A program made the translations under genes and the position numbers. A model generated the notes under the pieces. That model saw only the letters and a program-made list of their open reading frames with translations. It searched no databases and was not told where the DNA came from. A DNA stretch of 57,801 nt, counting the filler, from Platydemus manokwari (taxonomy: Eukaryota): NCBI GenBank assembly GCA_037951405.1. It is 3 parts of 3 records of this genome, joined end to end, with 100 filler letters (N's around TTAATTAATTAA, not from the genome) between each part and the next. Parts side by side here need not be neighbours in the genome. Positions count along the whole stretch, not along the records: positions 1 to 13,402 come from JBBMOY011741397.1; positions 13,503 to 27,755 come from JBBMOY011496972.1; 1 more part is not named here. One strand, written 5' to 3'. This document shows positions 1 to 16,900 of this stretch, in pieces (position 1 is the first letter of the stretch; the number at the start of each line of letters is the position of its first letter).

Positions 1-1245
1 TTCCATTGTTAATTATTTTCAAATAATGGGCTAATATAATAATGGAGTATTATCCTCATCTTATAATATAATGTTGTTGTATTTTATACTATAATGCTGA
101 TATAATGTTGTATTTATTTTATACTATAATGTTGATGTTTATCCCAACAACTTTATCAATTTTTAATCAGCAATTAGAATCGAAAATTGATAGTAGACAA
201 TATTGACGGAGTTCCAAATCCGAACACACACGTTATTTTATCTATAAATTATTTCTACATTAGCTATTAGCTTTTTTATTGTTTGTACTCTTACTTGCTC
301 TCTTTTTGCTTATTCTTTTCACTTCCTTTGTGAATTTGATCTCCTTCCATGCTATTTCCAAGTAAAATCATTCGTAAAATGTAAATTATTTATGGTTACA
401 TATTTGGATAATTTAAATTGTTTTTATTACCCATTTAAAATCCCAAGAACATCTAGTTTTATTTATCTTTAATTTTTATAGAATATATAATAGAACATCA
501 ATTTTGGTATACCTTTCGGATTATACATAAGCTAATCGAAGTTACACCTTTTGATTGATAATAAACATAATAATTGCAACTTATAAGAAAAATATTTTTT
601 GTATAACCTTGAAATTAATTATGTAAAAAAGGCTGTCGGATACCAACATGGCTGAAGGTGTAGCAATGGTATATATACTTAGGAAATGACAAGTGCAATC
701 TTTTAGAAAATGTTGTAATATTACAGAACTTTATAAAAGTGCATTAAATAATATAATTTTATTAGTCTTCATACTATACTACAATTTCCACGAGAAAGTA
801 TGAGCTAGTAAAACACATTTTCATTTAAAATCTTTATTTTTAAATTTTTTCAATGAAATATATAAACTATTTTTCAATGAGCTTCCTTACGGTTAGTTTT
901 GATCAACCAATCAATTAAGATGAACAAAGGTTGGTAATATATATATATATCTAACTGGAATCTTTAAAAATAATCGAAATTTTATTTAACACACAAATTA
1001 TGTATTTTCAACATTATTGGTTTCAATTTATTGAGTGCATTAGTAAATGTTTTATTCGTTTATGGCTGTGGTATTTCAAATATATAAATAGACAAACAAT
1101 ATTTAAACGTCACATATTTGAAGTGAAAATTAATATTTTGATCATTGAGTTGTAATTTTAAAACTTTTAAAAAGTTTTTATACATTCTTTTTATATTTTT
1201 GTTTAAGTTTATCACTATATTTATTTTATTAATTCCTAAACATTA

Positions 1246-4930
<3,685 letters not shown>

Positions 4931-5110
4931 TATATTTGTTGTATATAATAAATGTAAAATAGATTTTTTGTATTTTCAACATATTTTTATAATACTAGAT
5001 TAGTGATTATAATACTAAATAAATTTTTATAATTATAATAAATATATAATAGATTTTTTGTATTTTCAATAGTTAAAAAATTAAAATTATATTTTTATTA
5101 AATATTTATG

Positions 5111-6359
5111 TCAATCAGAATCCTCTCCATCAAAGTAATTATCAGCATTTGAATTGTGCCTAGGATCTAAAAAATTATAAATGAATTATTTCCGTTTATA
5201 TATTACCTGTAGCACGAAGAAGAGCAGCACATTCCGCATTTTTGGATAATTTATAAGCAGTTTCATTATCATTGTTCAGAATATTTGGATTTGCGCCATT
5301 TTTTAATAATAATTCGACTATAGCGGAATGACCTTTTAAGGCTGCATTATGTAGAGGAGTTTCACCCAGTTTATTTCTTATGTTAATTTGACACTTTGAT
5401 TCGATTAACTTCAAAGCACAATCATAATGTCCGCTAAACGCTGCCCAGTGTAATGGAATGCATCCAGCATTGTCTAACCCGTTGACCGAGACCTTATTTG
5501 CCAGACATCTATACAAAAATTCTAAATTTCCTCGTTTTGCAGCATCATGCATGGGATTGTCAATACATTCCGTTTGCTTAGACACATAATTGCTTGGAAT
5601 TAGACCTTCTTTGTCGTTTGCTCTTGCTTTCCACCAATCCGGACTTGATATCATATCATAGATATAAAGTAAATCACCTTCTTCGAATGATAATTCATCA
5701 TTCTAAATGTAAATATTATTTTAATGTATGGGATTCTTCAAAGTATAGAAAGTTAACAGTGCATTAAAATCATTCGGCTAAAATTATATTTAATCGTTTA
5801 TATAATTACAAACATCATCTGTAATCGTAAAATCATGTTTACTAAGTTTTGTGCTAGATCGTATGATTACCAAGTATTATTAGACACATGATATTGTTAT
5901 TTAAAAACCTAGCTTTTGTACATATATATATATATACACATAAAGCGGATATCCTGATATCAAGTATTAACGAAGAGTAACGACCGCAAATGATTCGGTA
6001 CGTGCATAAGTTTAAATTATATAGAGGACTATTTTTAATTAATTACCTAAACATATTCAAGGAAAGATGATTTAAGTGGGTCATTTACAGATTCTTAAAA
6101 TTAATATTTTATCTTCATAAATAGTGCTATTTACTATTAGTCTTAAATAAATGCATTATAATACTTTAAATAAATAGTAGAAATATAATAATGGTCAATT
6201 CATTATATTATTCAATTTACTAATTCTTACAGATTGTGCCTCATAGTTATAAAGGGCTCGGACAACTTTCACTTGGCCTATTTATAAGGATAATAATATA
6301 TGTTTACATGACATAATTACTGTACCTGGCTTAAGTGGCTTTGGTGGAGGTGTCGTCAT
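5111..6359 (-). CDS. OSTF1: Osteoclast-stimulating factor 1 (Pro-rich + SH3 + ankyrin repeats + acidic tail), complete, 4 exons, ~210 aa
   Basis: Exons 6359-6326, 6277-6231, 5702-5207, 5166-5111 (633 nt) give [79 protein letters not shown], colinear with OSTF1 end to end. Confidence 0.95.
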
Positions 6360-6582
6360 AATATAAAAATATATAAAATGTAAAATAATTTCCTAAATTT
6401 AAAATACGCTGTTTTTAAAATTGAATTTAGATCAATATAACAAATTCTAATTTAATTTTAATTTACAAAACTTAATAAAATTTCATAATTCAAATAAATT
6501 TTAATCTGAAAAAATTTAAACATCATCTTTATTTTACAACAATAATTAGAATAATCGGGAAAATATTATATCAATATATGAT

Positions 6583-7687
6583 TCAATTTGACAGAAGTCT
6601 GTAGTGAAGTGGGCAGCATAGTTTTTTGCCATTAACTTTGTAATTTTCCAAACTAAATTAAAATATTTATTTATCTTTAAATAAATATTAATACCTTAAT
6701 TTCTTTTTACACCAGAAACATTTAAAACAAGCTTTATGACATAAAATTCCACTATAGTTCATCTGATCATCAGTCTTTAATTGTTGATTGCATACTTCAC
6801 AAGCAGTGATATTCTGTAACTAAATACAAGTTATGATAAGCTTTTGTTGTTTAAGGATTAATTTATAAAGATTTTGTTATTTGCTTTAATAATTAAATAA
6901 GAGTCGAAAATTATTTGTCACTTTCAGAAATTACAATTATATGTGGATCATTTCAATCAACTTAGTCTTTATTTGAATAACAATTGTGTATCTTAATGAC
7001 TATGAATAAGTTAGCATAATTCTAACTGATTTCTAACAATATTATTAACATAAAAGTTGAAGAGATAACCTCTTTATTTGGTGATTTACTCTTGGAAGAC
7101 AAATTAGCTCTAATCGTAAAGTGACTATTTGAGCGAGCAAATTTATTTTCCATACTTCGACTCGAGACAATGTAATCCTTTTCTGATTCACTATCGGATT
7201 GAAATATCACTGCTTCAATTATTTGAGAATTCGAATAAGAAGCCTAAATTTTAAATTTGAATTATTTATTAGAAATACATTAAATTCATAAAATATTAAC
7301 ATTTTTAACTTTTCAGAGGTCAATATAGAAATAATTAAGCTTAGATTTTCTACAAATGTTAATTTAAATTATTGATGCATAAAAATGCCGCAGAATATTA
7401 TATTATTTTTGTGACATCATATATTAATTTTAGTCAATTGGTGTGTTGGGGTTTGAGGACTACAAACAACTTGAAAATAGTCTATTAACGACATCAATCT
7501 GACAATTATTGGGTTTTAATGCATAAAATTATTTTTTGAATGAGACTTTGAGAACGTATTTTGTAAGTGTGAAATAATATTGAATGTTTTATGAAAAAGT
7601 TTTAGGTTTATACAATTCTCGGAAGTTCATGAAAAGAAATAAAAACAACTAAATTAATATATAAATTAAAAATGTAATACTAACCAT
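6583..7687 (-). CDS. Small single-LIM-domain protein (LIMD2/EPLIN/XIRP-type LIM), ~121 aa
   Basis: Exons 7243-7070, 6813-6695, 6652-6583 splice in frame to a Ser-rich stretch plus CEVC..CHKACFKCFWCKKKLSLENYKVNGKKLCCPLHYRLLSN*, a complete LIM zinc-ligand pattern ending in His. The first exon (ATG alone at 7687-7685 followed by GTTAGT) is tentative. Confidence 0.8.
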
Positions 7688-7977
7688 CACATTGAAAGAA
7701 TTTAACACTTATATTAATAAGCAGAATCCATTAAAATTTCCCTAATAATAAACTTAGCCATCCAAAATAACCTTAATAAAAAGTAACGATAGCAAATTAT
7801 TAGTCAATTATTTTCGAGCCTAATAAATTAATCTTGAAATAATCTTGACATGAAAAATATTCAGGTCCATTTATATTATAAACTAAGGGAATAAATTTAA
7901 TGATCGAGATATTCTCTCTTCCATAATAAATTCAGTTACGAAAAACATAATGCAGGTCATTAAATAAATAATCGTAA

Positions 7978-8200
7978 AGACGTTATTTTTTGGGTCTGTG
8001 TGGTTACTTTGCAATATACTCGCATAACTGTTTTTCTTGAAGATCTCCCCGACTTATATAAATCTCATGAGTTCTGAACATCAACGAACAGTGATAAACT
8101 TTATGATTTTGATCTTTATGTGAAGAGCGGGTGAGTGGCGTTAGCCAGTGTCTTGATTTTAAACCGGTAATTCAATCACATTAGTATGCGATTTGTTATA
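7978..8200 (+). mobile_element. Possible highly decayed Ty3/gypsy pol remnant
   Basis: RRYFLGLCGYF (7978-8010) resembles the gypsy RT-connection motif RRFLGLxGYY; followed by FDLYV..VALASVLI resembling the RNase H start. Many stops and frameshifts. Confidence 0.35.
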
Positions 8201-11200
8201 ATTTCCTAAAATTCTATTACTGTGATGATATTTCATTTCATTGATCTTTTTATTAAACTAGAACACGGAATAATATTCCCTCTTTTGAATGTAATCGAAT
8301 GTGTTCTTGTTACTGTGTCGTTTTTAATTGTAAATTATGCATCCAATAATTGCAGATTTTCCTTATATATGTTTTGATGAGTCGCTCGTAGAAATTCTCT
8401 AAGATTGCTTATTTAGTACAATGCATGTGTTTACAAGAATCCTTTTATCTCAAGCAATTTCACTAGAAGTTCACGAAACGATTGACAAGCATACCCAGAA
8501 GTAGTAAGGTTTAATAATTATAGAATCATATTAACTTACATACAAACACTGATATTCTTCTTATTTATAGAGCTTAGCTCAATATTGTATCTAGTTTCAC
8601 CCCGATAGCACGAAGGGAGTTACTAAAAAATTTCGAGAATTGTGCCCAAAATACTTGTCGTTTAGTGTATACAAGTATCGTTGATGAACAAATGTAATTT
8701 GCATTGTTAATAAGCATTTTATAAAAGCAACCGTCTTGTTATTGATTTATTAAGTGCCATGTGGTTCTCATGATAACATAATTACTGAAGTATTACATTC
8801 ACTGTCATTTCTCCAACTTTTGAGATCACTTAGTGGTGCGATGTTGTTTTATTAATAAATAAACATTATCTTACTCCATTCATCTTGTCTTCGAACACGT
8901 TGTCGGATATCGAGGCGAAAGAACATTTAATAGATCAATTACTTTTTGAGGTTCATAGATTTCAAAAGAGATTTTAAAGATGTAGGCAGTGTTGATAACA
9001 TGGAGTTAAAGTTTTAAAAATGAAATTCACCAAGATCCCGAAAATTATCAGATGTTTGATTTTGAAGGGTATTTAATTAATTGAATTACGTTCGATCTGG
9101 TGGACATTTTCCGTTTAAATAGAATTTAATAAATCATATCAATTGAATAAATAAAAATAATAACTAAAATGTACACAAAATTAACTTGGAATATAATTTG
9201 ATAATAACTCTATTAAACAATAAAGAAATAAGGAAATTGAGATTATATTAATAAGAATCAAATAAATAAGAAAATTAATGATTAATATGATTTTTCAAAT
9301 AGCCAGTTATTTATTAGTCCATTAAATTTTTAATCAACTATGGACAATGTGAGTATAATAATAGTTATACAATTATATATGCATTTTAAACTCGAATTGA
9401 AATTTTGAGTTTTTTCCCAGTAAAGATTAGACTTGCTGGATAAAAGAACTCGATGACTGGTCTCGGATGACAGACAGTAATTGAAATTGGTTGATGTAAG
9501 ATGTGTTGTCGAATACTATTTGGCGCTGATTGTGGTTTATTAATTCATTAAAGACTAGAACACGAAGATCACAGAGCTTGGACTGTAATTATCTCAGTTA
9601 ATGCTATTTATATAAATTAGGGTCTTGTTTTTAACATTCAGCACAGTGCTGCAAGGGATTAATTATCCAAATTAATAAATCCAATAACTTTGAGCGAAAA
9701 TGATTTTTTCACAAAATTTTATTACTTAATAATTCTTTTCCATGGGATATTCTTTAGAAACAAGAATAATAGAATCAATTTTCTTCAAAAGATTTCTTTG
9801 AAATGAGAATAATAAAATCGAGATTTTAAGTGTAATAATGAAATTTTTCAGTGTAATAATGAAAATTTTCAGTGTGCCACATGTGCGTTGAATTTTTAAA
9901 TTAGAATTCTTTCTAAATGATTTTAATCCGTTTGGCGGCGTCTCGGTGTTATTTCACTAACGATACATCAAACCAACACCGCTATTGGCACCAGAAGTCA
10001 CCATTGTTTTATTTAGATGAATATATTCACAAATGCGTCTCAGGAAACTGTGACTGTGGAGAATCTGGTCAATGACACATCACATACAAAGCTTTACATA
10101 ATTTTAATATATATAATTTTATTATCATAATAATTTTAATTTGGTTAACTCCTGTGAGTATTTAAAAATTATGGTATTTGATTTTGGAAATAAATTTTAG
10201 AAGTAATAAATAAATAAATTAATAATAAAATTAAATAAATTTTTTAAAAATGTGTTCAAATTCCGCTAGAAAATACATTCTATTGTTAAATTTCTTAAAT
10301 TCTTATTCAATTCAAAACTTTAATGAAATGAAAACATCCAACAATTCGAAGAATATCAATAATTTTCACTAAAGAATCAATAGAATCAATCGATTAATTA
10401 TATTTAAGCTTGTCATTACACCATTAAATTTAAAGCTTATATCAAATAAAAATTTAAATAATTGGGAGTTACTATATTTAAATCTCTTATAGAAACTTAA
10501 GCCAATAAACGCATGAAGGAGAAAATTGAGTTAAATTTACAATAGTGCTTTAAAATTTTGTACTTACACAGTTTAAAATTCTAAATATTGAATATTTCAA
10601 TGATATTCAATAGTTTGTCATGTTCGGGCATTATTTGGATTTTATTATTATTAATCTTTTTTCTTTTTGATATCATTATCGTCTTAATCAGTCTCATTGA
10701 GTTCTGATTAAGGCGGTAGGTGTAATGATCATTTTTGTTATTTTAATTTTCACCTCGTACAACTTCATTACATGAAGACAATAAGTGTGGTAATACTGAT
10801 ATATTTCAACTATCAGTCTCAGTTTATTTACCTTATCTCAATTCCTAAACTCGTTGACAAAAATCATAATGAGCAATCATCTGTAATTAATATTTAATCA
10901 ATAATCAAGGCTTGTTAGTATAACAATGAAACAAATTGGTTACTAAATAATAAAATAAAAATTGCAAGCTATTTTAATGCTATAAAATGCACTAAGCCTT
11001 TTGACGAACCTTAACAATTTCTGGATGAAGCTCACGATACTCTTGGAACAAAACCAGGAATTTTGAGGCAAATCTCACTGATATGAGATAGAATGGCGCA
11101 TAATATTGATCAGTGTTTTATACAAATGTACCTTATTGTAGGTGCTTCAAGTAAAACATTGAGTATATATGGAATTCTGATCTCCGTCACAAACCCCAAT

Positions 11201-13331
11201 AAATTAACATATTTTAATATGTCCTGCTTCATTTGGAGGGTTCTTTTCAATTCCATTATGTACGACTGGCACAAATAGATACTACAAAGACGAATTATGA
11301 GCTCATCTAACAAAACAAAATCGAAAAAGCAAAGCACAGTTATTAGGGCTTATTTAGAAATCCTAATAAAAAATTATTGATTTTTGTTGAGATGGTCTTT
11401 GAATAATAGAATGTATTTTGATGTTCATAACGAATCGTAAGATCCAACAACAAGATTGGTATAAATATAAATATAACATAAATATAATAGAATTTTATTT
11501 TCATTTTTATATTTAATATTGATATTGAAATTTAAATTGATTTTAGTTAATGGCAATTACTTTATTCAATTATCGATTAGCTTATCTGTGATTATATCGC
11601 CACTGCTAATATGTGTATTTATATATTGTTCTAAAAAGGCATATTGATTTCGCATCTGAATCGGTGATGAATTTTGGGTTCTGAAATTACCATTAATTCC
11701 TCATTCGCAAACGGCACAGCACTATTGATATGCTAGGATTCAAATCAAGCAGTACATGTGTTGTTCAACTTAAATAATTTTCTGTTTGCTAACTTTGAAG
11801 TCGTATTGTGAGTTACTTCAATGGGCTTTTGAAGAAAACGAATCGAAACAAATAGAACATAAGCCAACTGGCCCCTCCAGTGAATGGTGCAATTACAGAC
11901 TTGAGCAAGAATAGTTTTGTCCACAACGTTTAATATTGATGAAAATGAAAACAATTTTTTTCAAAGAACTATAGGATTCATTCCCGTTTGTTCTCATAAC
12001 AATTAAATGCCTTTTACTGACATTAAATGAGCTATGATTCATGTAATGAGTCTAAATTGACATTTCCATCTCTAAGAAATTACTAACAACACATTTTAGA
12101 ATTAATATAATAATTGATTTGCTAATTAGTCGATTAATTGCTACAGATCTCCGATTGTTAAAGGCATTAGTCAATGATTTAGTAAAACAAAGAAATATAA
12201 TTAAATGCTAATGAATCCTGAAATTGTCGGAGAACACAAAGACAAATCAGTTTTTGCAATCTTTATTTCGTTTAATTTGTATTTTTTTCTTTTCAAAAAA
12301 AAGAACAGAAAAAAAACGAGAATCTTTTTTGCAATGACATAGAGATGAAAAAGTTTTAATTTGAAAACAAAAATTTATATTTCGATTTCAATCTGTATGG
12401 ATAATGGTTTCCGCGCGGAAAATGCAAATAAAAGTGAATCAAAAGTGGCCCAAAGAAGATGATGGAAAATCGATGGGAAATGTCGGCATTGTAAAGGGTT
12501 TACCAATTGAATCAGTTATTGAAAAATAACGGATAGAATCCGAATGGAGTGCATTTTGCTTTGAAATTTAAAATACCGAAAGAAAAATGAAAATGATATT
12601 TTATTACAATCATCCTAACTGATTTCTAGGACGAGGCCCTAATTAAAAACCGTATTTTGCGATTCTAATTGTGACATCATATTCTTACGATTGTATCTCC
12701 GCTGAGTAGACGATCTTGTGATTCGAAAAAAATCTTGATTGTTGTCTTTTTTAAAGCCTAGTGGTTTATTTTGAGAGGTGGGTATTTGACCCCCTCCCAA
12801 CTACATTGAATGCACAATAATTTCAAACTACATATTAATTTTTTTGTTGTAATTATAATATGAATCATTTTTGTTTAAATCAATAGATTATATTATTATA
12901 AAAATCTGTTCAAGTCATTAAAACATTGAAACTTAAACCCAGATTTTTAAAATTGAAAGCAAATATTTGCCGTTTACTTTGATCAAATTTTATTATTTAA
13001 AATCTCTGCAAACATTTTATTATTAATATGTGCGTCTGTTCCCGAGGTAAAAACCAAACAAAATTGTGACAAGAAATTCCACAACAACCCCAAGCCAATA
13101 TCAACGCTGATTGTTTGACTAAAACAAATATAATCTTCCATTGATTGACATTGAAAAATGGATCGATTGAATTACCGATCAAATGTTATTCTCTACGCAG
13201 ACAAGTACCAGAAATGATTACAACAAATTGAAAAGAATTTAAAATGGCATGATTTTAATAATTACAATAATGCAAATAAAACCAATAATAATATTGATTA
13301 TAATAATGATTGGAGGAAATAATTGTTTTAA

Positions 13332-13402
<71 letters not shown>
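13332..13402. repeat. (ATT)n microsatellite at contig end
   Basis: About 23 perfect units running into the N spacer. Confidence 0.97.
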
Positions 13403-13502
13403 NNNNNNNNNNNNNNNNNNNNNNNNNNNNNNNNNNNNNNNNNNNNTTAATTAATTAANNNNNNNNNNNNNNNNNNNNNNNNNNNNNNNNNNNNNNNNNN
13501 NN
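13403..13502. other. Artificial contig spacer N44-TTAATTAATTAA-N44
   Basis: Exactly 100 nt with a palindromic 12-mer giving stops in all six frames; identical to the spacer at 27756-27855. Confidence 0.95.
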
Positions 13503-13717
13503 GGTCATTCTATGGTTGTACGTACAATGACGTCTGTTATGCAAAATTCCATGTTGCTGAAGAAACTGTATACTAGTTCTTTTGTCATGACATAATGCAG
13601 ATAATTGCAACAAATTCCTTTTCATAATTTTATGCTAAAAATAAAAAGAATATACATTTATTAATCAATAATAAATTAATCATTAAATAATTCGGGTGAA
13701 TTAAAAAACAAGTACCC
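13503..13717 (-). mobile_element. 5' end of a Merlin (ISXO2/IS1595-related) DNA transposon within an RyR intron, cut by contig end
   Basis: ATG at 13625 opens MKRNLLQLSALCHDKRTSIQFLQQHGILHNRRHCTYNHRMT running into the gap; resembles N-termini of eukaryotic Merlin transposases (FLQxxGIL..C..H.M) and not RyR. Candidate terminus GGGTACTTGTTTTTTAATTCACCCG begins at ~13717. Confidence 0.65.
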
Positions 13718-13935
13718 ATATATGTTTAAACCAATTAAAACTTTGTGACCCTTAGATATATTATTTAAATAGTTTGTAACGTTATGTATTAAAGGAAAAT
13801 ATTTTTCAAATATCGCTGTTATGTTCATCACCTGACAATCTAGATTTTCGTTTTTGTGATATTTTATATTATGTAAATCAATAATTCTATAAAATGGATA
13901 TAATAGTCTAGATACAGTTAATTAAATATTATTAC

Positions 13936-16900
13936 GTAGCGGCCATTTTCTTTTCTTCATTCAATGCCATTGATTGAGATCCAACGAAATAATTTTTATG
14001 TGCACCAAAATATCTCTCCACGAGTGGCAAAACGACTTTTCCGAAAAATTTAATGTCTTCGGATTCTTGAGAAAATGGTAAATTCCTGCTGTATCTTGAA
14101 CTTGGGCGTAACTGCTGAACTGTAACTATTGCCTGCTCAACGTAACGAAGAAGTTTGGAAAGAAGAACGTATGCGAATCTAGAAGTTTCGGACGATGATT
14201 CTGTTAAACATCATTGATTTACAGAATCATGTGAAATTTATTTTACTTGTAAATTCACCATTAGTTGGTACTTGACTTCTTTGTCTTTGCCAAGATCCTC
14301 TGTCAACAGAATCAGTTGGATGATCTAAACCATGTCTACCAGGTCCTGTTGAAGATTTCGACAATGTAGATACATTAGAATTGAGTGATAAACGATATCC
14401 ATTATATTGCAGATACTTTAATAATTCATTGGTTAATTTTCGATATCGGCTTTTCTCTTTGTCAGTCAGAATCTCATACGGAACCAACATCTGATGAACT
14501 CCACCACCTTTAATTCCAATCATCAAATTTTATTTAAATAAAAATAACCTATTGATTCCATAGCTATCTTCTTCGCTAAAGCCCATATATTATGAGCATT
14601 TTCTGCTAATTTTTCTGCCACGTCTAACATTTCTCTTGTTACATTAACACCACGAAGATCTTTTGGGTTTGGATTGTAACCGTCATTCTTGACACAAAGT
14701 TTATAATTACAAAATAATTAAATAAATTAAATAAGAATTATAATTGATTATAAATTTTATATAAAATACCACTATAGTTGGTCGTCTTCTATCTCCATGC
14801 ATGTCCATTCGACTTAAATCGGCATCGATTGTCCACCCCCATGCTATCATCGCTTTGAGAGCTTCAATGACTGGTTCAATATATTTCATTTGATCCTGCA
14901 ATATAAGAGTTGAATCAAATTTATTTCATATCAAAGATTCAACCGTACATCTTGAGACAATAATTCAAATGGTATTAAATTGGGGTGCGTTTTATTCAAA
15001 TCATTTCTAGTTGGTCCATAAACATATCCTTTTTCCACCATCTCTAATGCCCAACTATCGTGAAGATGTTGAGCAAACTGATCCAATAAGCTTTCCAATG
15101 AATTCGGCAATCGTATCTAATTTATAAATAATAACATTTTGCCTTTCAACTGTTTTACATGAGTCGTGTCCACGGGTGTGGGTTTGAAATCGTCATCAGT
15201 AGAGGCACCCACAGTAGTATCAATTTCAATATGTTCTTCAAATTCAGTAGCTCCAGGTCCACCAGGGGCCAAGGACTGACCAGATGGTGATTGAGCAGAA
15301 TCTACAAATAGATATTTGTGAAATTAAATGACCCAACAAAAATTTTAACTTATCTTTGATTAGAATTTTAAATGATTTAAACTGATTGAATAATTGTAAT
15401 AAATATGAGTAGCTCAATTTAGATAACAGGTTTTGTATCAGAATTATTAATGACAAAACCTAAAATATTCTAACTTTAATAATCACAATAAAACGATTAC
15501 AATAATTTAGTTATACTTGTGTACATTTTTCTGCAATACTCTTATTTATCAGAAAACTCGTTTAACTCATTAATGCACACGATCTGAGTTCTTAATGTGA
15601 AATGATTAACATATTCCAATAATTATAATAATGAAATTGTGCTGAAAATGTGATATTATTGTTGGAGTTTCGAGAAAATAACGTTGGATTACATTAATTA
15701 TTCAGTGATTGCTTGAATTAGGGTAAAAATGTGTCTTAGTTTTATGTAAAAGCCAATTTTGATATTGGTGTATAGTAAATTTGATGGTACTTTACTTTTA
15801 TAATCTGGAAATATTATGAAATTAATGATCTTGGAGAAAATAAAATAAATAACAAACATTTTAATAATAATATCTACCAGTTATTACCCCGACAACTAAA
15901 ACATTACCAGTATAAGAATATCAAATTACCCTCATAAAATAAATTTAACCACCATTTAAATAAAACATAAATATACCCAGCAATAAATAACACTATTCAA
16001 TTTCAACTTCAATAATTTAATCTGTGGAGATAGAATTTCCGATAATATTTCTGCTATTATAGTGACATTACAGAATTTCTAAATTATTCTGAACTGATTT
16101 GTATCGCAATATGATGTGTTGCCATGTGACAGATGATTACCGAGTCATTGCATTACTAATTAATTATTTCAGTAATATTGTGTTGCCAAATGATTATCAC
16201 ATATTAATATAAACAATTCGATTCCAATAAAGCAATAAATTAGTACTGAATAAATATTAACTCACGACTACGGAAACTTGATAGTTTAATCGAATCAAGT
16301 GAAGGCTGAAATGAATAATCGGGCGATAAAGCACAACCAATGGCTGTTAAACACGGTAAAGCTTTGGAAAATAATTCAGGATCATAAGGAAGTTTGGCTA
16401 AGTTATCAAATATTCCAGAAAACAGTTGACCGGTTAATTGTTTTTCTTCTTCGTTCGCAATTCCTTGTCCAGCCATTCCTGTCGTGCTATAATAGCTACC
16501 ACATCGTTGATAGAAAGCCGTCAACAAACGTAATGGAACAACAGACTAAGTAAATACGAATAAAAGTTAACTTAATTTCTATAAACAGTAACAATATCTG
16601 GTTAATAATATCTCACAAAATATATGAAGCATTTATATTAAATAAATAAGCTTCAAATATAAAAATAAAATCTTATTACCTCAGGTGTTAGACTAGGTAC
16701 ATCAATAACTAATTTTTTTAACAGTTTTGTTATCATTGGCGGTTGTAGCTGTTGAGTAAGTGCTACAAGGAAATCACTGACTTCTTCGCGCTGACCTTTA
16801 GTTAATGAGCGACAACGAGATAATCGGTATGCTGTATGGAGAGTAGTTTCTAAAATGCTAGTAGTTCTCTCCCATTCTCCAAGATAATGTGAATGTTTTG

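Noticed and set aside
1-830. Possible divergently transcribed minus-strand gene upstream of PRP4, plus a 2 x ~35-bp tandem repeat at 67-135
   Set aside because: Short open stretches with plausible splice sites exist but I could not join them into a consistent or recognisable protein.
6751-6770. Exact 20-bp match ACTATAGTTCATCTGATCAT also at 27570-27589
   Set aside because: No flanking similarity, lies on a different contig, and one such match is not improbable in 58 kb of this base composition.
9829-9875. 21-bp tandem duplication AGTGTAATAATGAAA(T/A)TTTTC
   Set aside because: Two copies only, ordinary slippage; no spacer structure.
10990-13250. Short ORFs and peptide scraps (FQEYRELHPEIVKV, GKCRHCKGF)
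   Set aside because: Probably decayed TE DNA, but the motifs are too short to assign.
13249-13458. Poly-Ile ORF and ORFs crossing N runs (also 45177-45372)
   Set aside because: Translation of microsatellite and gap characters.
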